Origin: Nitrosopumilus sp.
GTDB taxonomy: Archaea; Thermoproteota; Nitrososphaeria; Nitrososphaerales; Nitrosopumilaceae
Length of the DNA: 64,000 bases
Assembly: GCA_965207075.1 (NCBI GenBank)
Contig: CBDBLO010000002.1
Location: 160,001-224,000 of the forward strand
Reading direction: 5' to 3'
Both the position numbers and the translations under genes were made by a program. The stretch's first letter is position 1, and every line of letters starts with the position of its first letter. Under the pieces are notes generated by a model. That model did no database searches, was not told the origin of the DNA, and saw only the letters and a program-made list of their open reading frames with translations. Of the stretch, positions 38,445 through 47,400 are shown one piece after another.

Positions 38445-39872
38445 ATGGGGTGGGATCGCAAGGACGCGCTGGGGTATGCGCTGAGCAGGGGCGTCCAGGT
38501 AAGCCCCCGCGCCTTTGAGATCCTAAGGAGCGTCCCGTCGGACTCGCTTGAGGGTGTGGTCAAGGCAATGGTGCACGCGGCCAAAAGGGAGTCCCGGACC
38601 CAGATGACGGCAGACGATCTTGAGGAGCACTTGGGCCTCAGGGTGGACACCGAGGTGGACGCGGACCTCAGGGTGCTGTCGGATCCCACGGGGCACACCA
38701 CCACGGCCGAGGGGGTCGACGGGTACGGCGCCCTCTTCGCCAGCAGGTATGAAAAGTTAAAGTCCATAATCGCTGCCAGGCCCGAGTCCAAAAAGGTCAA
38801 GTCCGTGGAGTCCGTCAGGAGATCGGGCGGCGTAAAGGACGACGAGGATGCCTACGTGGCGGGACTAATCAACGATAGGGAGGTCAGGGACAGCAGGGCC
38901 GAGATCCTCTTGGAGGATCCCTCGGGAGTGCTGTCCATACCCGTGTACAACGAGGAGCTGCAGAAGGAGGCCGGCTCCCTGATGCGGGACCAGATGGCAA
39001 TGGTGAGGCTGGGAAGGGGCAAGAGGGGCGTCTTTGCCAAGGAGATCATCCTGCCCGACACCCCGGCCCACGTGCCCAACAGGTCGGAGACGGGCGCCTG
39101 GGCGGCCCTGATCTCCGACCTTCACGTCGGCTCGAAATACTTCATGGAGGAGGAGTTCAGGGGGTTTGTGGGCTGGCTCTCGGAGGCGGACGCGGTCGCA
39201 AGGAACGTGCGGTTCGTCCTGATATGCGGCGACGTGGTCGACGGGGTGGGGATCTACAAGGACCAGGACAAGGAGTTGGAGATGGACACTGTCGAGGAGC
39301 AGCTGGGGCGCCTCGAGGAGATGCTTGCCGAGATACCGGAGCGCGTCAAGATCATAATATCCCCCGGAAACCACGACCCCGGAAGAAGGGCCCTGCCCCA
39401 GCCGGCAATACCAGAAAAGTACTGCCCGGGGCTGTGGCGCCGCGAGAACATAACCATGGTCGGAAACCCCGCCGTGGTTTCGCTCAACGGCGTCAGGGTC
39501 CTGATGTTCCACGGGCAGTCGATCGACGACATAGTCAGGGTCACGCCGGGCCTCAGTTACGACGAGCCCATTGCGGTAATGGAGCTCCTGCTAAGGGCGC
39601 GGCACCTGAGCCCCATATACGGGGAGAGGACGCCCATTGCCCCCGAGCTTGAGGACTGGATGGTCATAGGGGACGACATCGACATATTCCACGCGGGGCA
39701 CGTGCACAGGTGGGCAGTCAGCAAGTACAGAGGCACCCTGCTCGTCAACTCGGGAGCCTGGCAGCGCCAGACGCCGTTCCAGGCCAGCGTCGGCATAGTA
39801 CCCAACCCGGGGATTGCCGCACTGGTCAACCTCAAAACGTACGAGCTCAAGAGCCAGAACTACAACGGATAG
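38445..39872 (+). CDS. polB: DNA polymerase D small subunit (DP1)
   Basis: ISDLHVGS, GDVVDGVGIY, PGNHD, FHG.S.DD, HAGHVH, NSGAWQ.QT. Confidence 0.95.
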   Translation: MGWDRKDALGYALSRGVQVSPRAFEILRSVPSDSLEGVVKAMVHAAKRESRTQMTADDLEEHLGLRVDTEVDADLRVLSDPTGHTTTAEGVDGYGALFASRYEKLKSIIAARPESKKVKSVESVRRSGGVKDDEDAYVAGLINDREVRDSRAEILLEDPSGVLSIPVYNEELQKEAGSLMRDQMAMVRLGRGKRGVFAKEIILPDTPAHVPNRSETGAWAALISDLHVGSKYFMEEEFRGFVGWLSEADAVARNVRFVLICGDVVDGVGIYKDQDKELEMDTVEEQLGRLEEMLAEIPERVKIIISPGNHDPGRRALPQPAIPEKYCPGLWRRENITMVGNPAVVSLNGVRVLMFHGQSIDDIVRVTPGLSYDEPIAVMELLLRARHLSPIYGERTPIAPELEDWMVIGDDIDIFHAGHVHRWAVSKYRGTLLVNSGAWQRQTPFQASVGIVPNPGIAALVNLKTYELKSQNYNG

Positions 39873-39876
39873 CGGA

Positions 39877-41100
39877 TCAGAGCAGCCCCTGCAGGGCCAG
39901 ATCCTCGGCAAACGCCTTTTTCACCGTCTGGGGCGAGACCGTCAGCCTGTGCTTCTTGGTCCTGCCGTGCACGCCCCGGCTTGCCACCCTGCCGGATACG
40001 ATGCCCGACAGCTCTATCTCGCTCAGCATCTGCGTCACGCGGCGCTGCGTGAGCGGGCCTGCCGCCACGTCCCTGCACAGGGACTTGTAGTGCGAGTAGA
40101 CCTCGCCGGTGGAGCTGGCCTCGCTCCTCATTATCGCGAGTATCAGTAGTTTCTCGTGGAGTGGGTACGACTGCAGCACGGTCATCTCCTTGTCCTCCTC
40201 CATCTTCTTTGAGGCCTCCCTTACGTGCTCGACCGTTACGGTCTGGCTGTCGGTGCCGCTGCCGCCTGCCGCCCTCTCGGCAATCTCGCCTGCAATTCGC
40301 AGCAGGTCTATCGCCCGCCTTGCGTCGCCGTGCTCCGAGCCCGACAGGGCCGCGCACAGGTTCAGCGCCGGTTCCTCCACCGCGCCGGGGGCAAAGGCCG
40401 CCGCGACCCTCTCCTCCAGTATCTTCCTGATCTGCTCCGTGGTGTAGGTGGTAAAGACGGCCTCCTCGTCGGCCAGCCTGCTTATTACGCGCGGATCAAG
40501 GTTCTCCTTGAACGAGAGGTTGTTTGATATGCCCACTATGGTAAGGGTGCCACGGTCCAGCCTCATGTTGGCGCTGGTCAGCTGGTACAGGATGTCCTTG
40601 CCCGTCCTGCCCACAAGCTGCGCCAGGTGGTCGATCTCGTCTATCACGAACACGACGTTCAGCCCGCGCCCGTCGACCTCTTCAAGTATCCGCTTGAACA
40701 CCTCCCCTATGGCCAGTCCCGTAACGGGAAGCCTCTTCTGGTCCATCCCGAGCTGCTTGCCCAAGCTCACAAGCAGCCCGCCCAGCGTCGTCTCATCCTT
40801 TGCGTTGGTGTAGACGAGACGTATTGGGAACTTGGAGTCTGCCGCGCGTGCCTGGATTTGGGATATCACCTTGCGAACCACGAGCGTCTTGCCCGTCCCC
40901 GGCTTGCCGTACACAAGTAGGTTGGAGGGCCTCGAGCCCTTTAGTATCGGGATCAGCACCTGGGCCACGGCCTTCTGCTCCTCGTCCCTGTGCAGTACCA
41001 GATCCGGCATGTGCGCGGAATGTAGCACGGCCCTGTCCACGATTATGGACCTGCCGCCTGCAACTGCATCAAGGAGGCTGTCAACCGGATCACTTGCCAT
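39877..41100 (-). CDS. cdc6: Orc1/Cdc6 replication initiator
   Basis: HRDEE, YGKPGTGKT, VIDEID, HGDARRAIDLL, wHTH with RG..GRT. Confidence 0.96.
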   Translation of the reverse strand: MASDPVDSLLDAVAGGRSIIVDRAVLHSAHMPDLVLHRDEEQKAVAQVLIPILKGSRPSNLLVYGKPGTGKTLVVRKVISQIQARAADSKFPIRLVYTNAKDETTLGGLLVSLGKQLGMDQKRLPVTGLAIGEVFKRILEEVDGRGLNVVFVIDEIDHLAQLVGRTGKDILYQLTSANMRLDRGTLTIVGISNNLSFKENLDPRVISRLADEEAVFTTYTTEQIRKILEERVAAAFAPGAVEEPALNLCAALSGSEHGDARRAIDLLRIAGEIAERAAGGSGTDSQTVTVEHVREASKKMEEDKEMTVLQSYPLHEKLLILAIMRSEASSTGEVYSHYKSLCRDVAAGPLTQRRVTQMLSEIELSGIVSGRVASRGVHGRTKKHRLTVSPQTVKKAFAEDLALQGLL

Positions 41101-41600
41101 GTTGGTTCCACTCACACACCATGATTTCCACTCCAGCATATAACATACAGTATACGGCCCGGTGTGTAGTGTGTGGTGTAGTAGTGTAGTGTGATGTAGT
41201 ATGTAAGCTCCTTTTTGAAAAATTTTAGAAGGTGTGGAGTGGAAATGAAGGTGTGTGGGTCTGCCGGCTGGTAGTGGGACTGGTAGGGGAACAGCGGCGG
41301 TTCCTGCCTGCCCATTCACAACTGTTAGCGTGCTGTTAAGGTACTGCCAAAAGAGGTCGGAATCGACCCCTTCATTTCCACTCCAAGCGTCAAGATCCAC
41401 CTTAACACTGTCAACATACTGGAATCGACCCCTTCATTTCCACTCCAGTCATGGAATCGACCCACCCCGGACCACACCCCGGCTCCAGAGTGTTAGGATC
41501 CGCCCCTCTGGCTAGGCACGGGCTAGGCGTGCCAGCTTAACACACACGTTACTTAACACACACTGCATGCGCATGCTAATATACTGATATTGTGAGCAAT
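41101..41600. other. probable chromosomal replication origin (oriC) with ORB elements
   Basis: Directly upstream of cdc6; GGAATCGACCCCTTCATTTCCACTCCA at 41359-41385 and 41421-41447, inverted TGGAGTGGAAATGAAGG at 41235-41251, partial ATTTCCACTCCA near 41124; matches the archaeal ORB form (GGAAA core plus G-string). Confidence 0.85.
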
Positions 41601-41607
41601 GCTTTGC

Positions 41608-42009
41608 ATGGTCAAGAAACGCATCAGGATAGACGTTGAGGACGCCGACGGCGCCAAGTATGACATCAAGCTGGAGGGCAACATCACCCTTGAGAAGATC
41701 CGGATGGTCTTTGAGGCCATGAACATGGCGGACATAGAGGCAGGGAGCGGCAGCCAGAACCACCCAGAACCACCCAACATGGACTCTACCGGAGCCAAGA
41801 TCTGGCACGCCGTAGACAAGTACTTCTCACTGGGCAAGTTCACGTCGACTGACGTGCTTGAAAAGTACGAGGACGAGTTCAACGAGCCGATCAAACTGAG
41901 CGTGATATCGACGTACCTCTCAAGGTTCTCTGCAAGGGGCAGGCTTGACAGGGTCCGGACAGGCAGGGAATGGACCTATCAGACCAACAAGATCGCCCAG
42001 CAGCACTGA
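41608..42009 (+). CDS. winged-helix DNA-binding protein
   Basis: FTS.DV...YE.......LSVISTYLSR....G.L.R...GR.W.Y wHTH pattern. Confidence 0.75.
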   Translation: MVKKRIRIDVEDADGAKYDIKLEGNITLEKIRMVFEAMNMADIEAGSGSQNHPEPPNMDSTGAKIWHAVDKYFSLGKFTSTDVLEKYEDEFNEPIKLSVISTYLSRFSARGRLDRVRTGREWTYQTNKIAQQH

Positions 42010-42165
42010 CTACGATATGACTGCCTTACGTACAATCAACTCGTTGTTCTGATACGTTATCTTGACGTATTCCCCCTTTTGCATGTCCATGTATCTTCTA
42101 AACTGCCTTGGTATGGATATCGCCCCCGCCGAGGTGATCTTTACCAGCGCCTCGTTCTCCCGCAT
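42010..42165 (-). CDS. AbrB/MazE/SpoVT-family DNA-binding protein (51 aa, below the ORF-track cutoff)
   Basis: MRENEALVKITSAGAISIPRQFRRYMDMQKGEYVKITYQNNELIVRKAVIS; KI...G.I.IP...R......G swapped-hairpin signature. Confidence 0.85.
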   Translation of the reverse strand: MRENEALVKITSAGAISIPRQFRRYMDMQKGEYVKITYQNNELIVRKAVIS

Positions 42166-42412
42166 GGGTGTTTCACTGCATATTATAATATATAATTTTC
42201 TTAATTTACACTAAATATTCTATAATAGAAGAAATAATGAATTTCCATATTCATTGTAAATATAATATCTGAAGCAATCCTGCCGCGCAACCGGCTGCGC
42301 CCGGACAAGACGCGCCCAGCGGTTCCAGGACCCGATGCATCCAGCCCTCCCCACGGCAGTCCTTGGGGCTTGGTGCAGAACGGAGCCCCTTAGCGCAGGT
42401 GGCATGAAAAGA

Positions 42413-43078
42413 TCAGTCACCGGCCCCACCCTGTCGAAGTCTTTCCAGGCCCTTCTGGGTCACGCTGTAACTGTACGGCCTGGTGTCCTCGTCACGCTGG
42501 AGATATCCATCCTCATACATCTTTTTCAAGAGTCGTGATGTATGCTCCCTGCTCTTCCCCATCGTGACTTGTATATCACGTGATGTTATGATATCATTCG
42601 TGATTAAATGCAATACATAGTCAACGGGGTTGGGATAGGCACGGAACTCCGTCTTGGGCACGGTTTCTCCGTCGCCGCCCGCGAGATCCTCCCCCCGCCC
42701 TTCTGCATGCAGCTCTTCTGCCGCCACGCCCTCTTCCTCCGCCGCCACCGCGGCGGCGGCCGCCGGCTCCCTGGACACCAATTCGCTCAGGGCTGCCGCC
42801 AGCTTGGACACGGCCTCGTCCCCACTGCCGTCTCCCGCCCTGGCAGCCTCCCCACGTCCCATCTCCACCGCATCTAGGCGTATCTTTAGGTCTATGAGCT
42901 GCCTTTCATAGTATTCGAGGCGCTCCGAGCCGGTGATCTCGCCACTCTTGCTCCCGAGACCGGACTCTCTGGCCATGGTGCGCAGCCAAAAGTATGCAAA
43001 GAGGGCCAGCAGCCCCGCCAAAAATGCAACCGCAATGCTAATTGCCACCCACGGATCAAAAACCTCCTCCGCCATCAC
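42413..43078 (-). CDS. membrane-anchored coiled-coil/winged-helix protein
   Basis: N-terminal TM helix, coiled coil, acidic linker, C-terminal TSRDIQ..MGKSREHTSRLLKKMYEDGYLQR....PY.Y wHTH. Confidence 0.8.
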   Translation of the reverse strand: MMAEEVFDPWVAISIAVAFLAGLLALFAYFWLRTMARESGLGSKSGEITGSERLEYYERQLIDLKIRLDAVEMGRGEAARAGDGSGDEAVSKLAAALSELVSREPAAAAAVAAEEEGVAAEELHAEGRGEDLAGGDGETVPKTEFRAYPNPVDYVLHLITNDIITSRDIQVTMGKSREHTSRLLKKMYEDGYLQRDEDTRPYSYSVTQKGLERLRQGGAGD

Positions 43079-43199
43079 GGTATATCATATGTACTGTGAT
43101 ATATCATATTCGGTCAGTATTTTTTCACACCACATGTTAAAAAAATCACCCATCTGCAACAGCTTGGACTGCCAAGACCAGGCCATTCGTCACTGTACA

Positions 43200-43562
43200 T
43201 CACATACTGCATGCCTGCCGTATGTACTTTTCAATCACATCAATCATCTGTTCAGCACTTTCAGGCTGTATATCACCACTGTTTATCACGTCAACCCTCT
43301 CTGCAAGGTCCATCATCACGTCCACATCGTCAGGCAGGAGTATCCCCAACCCCCTTAGAACGACCACCGTATAGAAGAGAGCGACCAGCTTGTCCCTCGA
43401 TTGGCCTACCTGCCTGTAGTATGCCCCCCGGCTTATGGGAAACCTAGCCTCCAAGAGTTCCCGCTGGTTTAAAATAATTTCAATTTGTCTCTCTGTAAAC
43501 AGTGATTTTTCAATCATTTTCTGTATAACTTTGTTGAAAATCGGTCTTTTGGATTCACTCAT
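43200..43562 (-). CDS. HTH-containing hypothetical protein
   Basis: SLFTERQIEII...ISRGAYYRQV.Q LuxR/sigma4-like HTH pattern. Confidence 0.7.
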   Translation of the reverse strand: MSESKRPIFNKVIQKMIEKSLFTERQIEIILNQRELLEARFPISRGAYYRQVGQSRDKLVALFYTVVVLRGLGILLPDDVDVMMDLAERVDVINSGDIQPESAEQMIDVIEKYIRQACSM

Positions 43563-43625
43563 AGCTATACAAACTTGTATACGGCGTAAATTAAACTTTA
43601 AAGTAAAGGGGCTGCCACGCAATGC

Positions 43626-44447
43626 GTGGCCGCAGACACGGAAGAGAAGATAGGCAAGGGCCAGGTAGAGGGCTATCTGCAGTCGGAGCTGAGGAACAGG
43701 GGAACGCTGCTCTTTGTCTTGATAGACTCCGAGGTGTCGGACACCGACGAGTCGGCACGCCTGGTCCGTGCGGCCGAGTCGGCAGGCGCCTCTGCGATAC
43801 TGGTGGGCGGCTCCTCCGCGACGGATCAGATGGAGCTGTCCGTCGTGACCGGCGAGATTAAGAAGAGCACGCAGCGGATACCGGTCATCCTGTTTCCCGG
43901 AAACGTGACGGGAGTCGTGCCCAGCGCCGACGCCATACTGTTCAGCTCGCTCTTAAACTCGGAGAATCCGTACTTTGTGACGCAGGCCCAGGCACTGGGG
44001 GCCCCCTCGGTGGCAAAGTTCGGGCTCGAACCCCTGCCCACCGCATACCTGGTTATAGGGGAGGGAACCACGGCCTGGTTTGTTGGGGGCGCGCGGGGCA
44101 TACCACACGACAAGCCCAAGATAGCGGCGGCCTACTCGCTGGCCGCACAGTTTCTGGGCATGCGGTTTGTATACCTGGAGGCGGGCTCCGGCGCAAAGAC
44201 CAGCGTGTCGCCTGAGATGGTCAGGACGGTGCGCAAGGCCTTTGGCGGCTTTCTGATTGTCGGCGGCGGCATCAGGGATGCCGGAACGGCGGCCGCGCTG
44301 GCGGATGCGGGGGCAGACGCCCTCGTGGTGGGAACCCTGGTCGAGGGTGGCGACTCGGCGGAGGGCGAGCGGAGGCTTGGGGAGATTACCGGCGCGATTG
44401 GCGGCAGCCGCAGCGGCAGCCGCAGCGACGGAACGGGTGGCCCGTGA
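43626..44447 (+). CDS. geranylgeranylglyceryl phosphate synthase
   Basis: LID, ILVGGS, PVILFPG, YLEAGSGA, VGGGIR motifs. Confidence 0.93.
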   Translation: MAADTEEKIGKGQVEGYLQSELRNRGTLLFVLIDSEVSDTDESARLVRAAESAGASAILVGGSSATDQMELSVVTGEIKKSTQRIPVILFPGNVTGVVPSADAILFSSLLNSENPYFVTQAQALGAPSVAKFGLEPLPTAYLVIGEGTTAWFVGGARGIPHDKPKIAAAYSLAAQFLGMRFVYLEAGSGAKTSVSPEMVRTVRKAFGGFLIVGGGIRDAGTAAALADAGADALVVGTLVEGGDSAEGERRLGEITGAIGGSRSGSRSDGTGGP

Positions 44448-47400
44448 TTGGCCGCAGATCCTCCTGAGACCCCCGCAATGATGACCCTGGACGACGTCGG
44501 CTACAGGCTGCAGGGCATAGAGATGCCAGAGGCATACCGGGACTACTATACGCGGCTCTCAAAGGAGACTGCGAGGGTCCTCGAGTGGGCCTCGGCCGCC
44601 AAGAAGGGCAGCAGGGCGGACTCCGACGACGTGATAGGGCCCAAGATCGCCTTTGATCTGGCGGATCGCGTCTCAAAGATGCACGAGATTGAGATCGCCG
44701 AGCCGCTGCGGGAGCTGCTTGCAGGCAACGGCAAGGAACTCTCCGCGCTCTTGCTCTCAAGGGATATAGCGCTGGGCAAGTATCACAGGGAGGGCGCCCC
44801 CCTCGAGGAGAGGATCGACCTGGCAGTCCGGGTGGGGCTTGCCGTGGTTACGGAGGGGGTCACCATGGCCCCGCTTGAGGGCATCAGCGCCGTATCCATA
44901 AAGAAGAACCGCGACGGCACGAGCTACCTCTCAGTCTCCATAGCGGGGCCCATGCGCGCAGCGGGCGGCACCGAGTCGGCCGTTACCATGCTTATCGCGG
45001 ACCACGTGCGCAAGGCAGTCGGGCTTGACAGGTACCAGGCCGAGTCGTACGACGACGAGCCGGGCAGGTTCGTAGAGGAGCTCAGGGTCTATGAGAGGGA
45101 CGGGCTGGGATTTCAGTACCACGTCCACGACGAGGACATAGAGCACACGATACGGAACCTGCCAGTCGAGCTGGACGGGGTGGACACGGACGATTTTGAG
45201 GTGGTAAACCACCGTAACATGACTAGGATCAAGACCGAGAAGGTCCGCGGAGGGGCCCTGCGCGTGCTCAACGACGGCCTGATCGGCAGGTCCAAGAAGC
45301 TTCTCAAACGCATAGAGCTCTACAAGCTTGACGGATGGGAATGGCTGGCCGAACTCAAGGGAGCCGTGCAGCCGGGGGACGGGAGCGCGGGCGGCAGCGA
45401 CAGCGACAACGCCTATGACGACAAGGAGGACGCCGGCGCAAAGAGGATGCGGGAGGTGCTCACCGGGCGCTCCGTGCTCTCCATGCCGGGCAGGCCCGGC
45501 GGATTCAGGCTGCGGTACGGGCGGGCGTGCAACACGGGCTTTGCGGCAGTCGGGTTTCACCCGGTGATTGCGGAGATTCTGGATCATACCATAGCAGTCG
45601 GCACCCAGGTCAAGACGGACATGCCGGGCAAGGGGGCGTCGGTCGCATTCGTAGACTCGATAGAGACGCCCACGGTCCGGCTCGCGGACGGCAGCGTGGT
45701 CAAGATTAGGGACACGGAGCACGGGATCATGGTAAAGGGGCAGATCGCCGAGATTCTGCACCTCGGCGACGTCTTGATCTCGTTTGGCGACTTTATAGAG
45801 AACAACGCCAAGCTGGAGCCGTCCGGCTACGTGGGGGAGATCTGGACCGAGGAGCTGAGGAGGCTGCTGCAGCGGGAGCAGGAACGGGGGCAGACGCCTG
45901 ACGGGCCCGTCTCCGGGAAGATACGACATCTTGAGGAGTTTCTGCTCAGGGACCCCACGGTTGACGAGGCCATCTCGCTGTCACTCGAGTTTGGGCTGGC
46001 CCTGCATCCCAGATACCTGCACTTCTGGGACGAGCTCCGGCCCGCGGAGCTCGGGGCGCTCTTGGAACCCGACGCGGCATCCGAGTCCGAGATTGCCTAC
46101 GGCAACGCCTACAGCGACGGTATTGTGAAGAAGGCGCTTGAAAAGGCGGGCGTGCCGCACGAGTTTGTTGCCGCCGACGGCGACGGACATGCCGGGCAAG
46201 GGGGCGGCGGCCCCGGTGCCGCCGCCGTTCGCCATGGAAAAGACGGCCCCGGCGACAACGGCAGCGACGCCTTGCCCGCAGCCAAAAACGGAGACTTTGA
46301 GTTCGTCCCGGCTCCAAGATCCCCGCCCGCACTCGGCACCGTACTGTTGAGGGGCGCCGAGGCCAAGATCCTCTACAACCTCCTGCTCAAGAGGCCGCCC
46401 CGGATTGATGCCCCCGGCGCCACCGTCCTTGACATACTCTCAGGTTCGGGCATTGCCGTCAGGAAAAAGTCGTCGGCGTGCATAGGCATACGTATAGGCA
46501 GGCCCGAAAAGGCCGCCGCCCGGGCGATGTCCCCCCCGACCCACCTGCTGTTCCCGGTGGGCGAGGGGGGCGGTTCCACCAGGGACGTCATAAAGGCGTC
46601 CAGGGCCTCCGACCGCTTCTACGCCGACCTGTGCAACAGGCGCTGCCCCGACTGCGGCGCCGTCACGCTGGGCTTGGCGTGCCCCGACTGCGGCACAAGG
46701 TCGGTGGAGACCAGGCGCTGCGCGCGATGCGGCGCGTCGACTGACCTGGAGGAGTGCGACCGGTGCGGGCGCAGGACCGTCCTGTATGCAAACCTGGAGT
46801 TTCCCCTGCGGGCCCAGCTGCTCAAGGCCCAGGAGCGCATGGAACTGCGGGCGCAGGAGCCGCTCAAGGGGGTCAAGGGGCTTGCAGGGACGGACAAGCT
46901 GGCCGAGCCCATCGAGAAGGGGCTGCTGCGCCAGGGGTTCGGGCTGACCGTCTTCAAGGACGGGACGGTGCGCTTTGACGCGACGAACTCCCCGCTTACC
47001 CACTTCAAGCCCTCCTGGATAGGCACCCCCGTCCAGAAGCTGCGCGAACTCGGCTACACGCGCGACATGGACGGCAGGCCGCTCACCGACCCGGACCAGC
47101 TGGTAGAGATGCGCATGCAGGACGTAATCATACCGTACGAGAGCGGCCGCTACCTCTTGGCCGCGGCCAAGTACGTCGACGCGCTGCTCTCAAAGTTTCA
47201 CGGCGCAGAGCCGTACTACAAAGCCAGGGCCGTGGAGGACATGGCGGGGCATCTGGTCATAGGGCTCGCGCCGCACACGTCAGTCGGCATAGTGGGCAGA
47301 ATCATCGGGTTTGCCGAGACGCACGTGTGCTTTGCAACCCCCAACTGGCACTCTGCCAAGCGGCGGGACGCCGACGGCGACGCGGACTCCATCATGCTGC

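Noticed and set aside
41359-41463. 27-bp repeats separated by 35 bp resembling a mini-CRISPR
   Set aside because: Only two full copies, they match ORB form, an inverted copy exists nearby, and they lie directly upstream of cdc6
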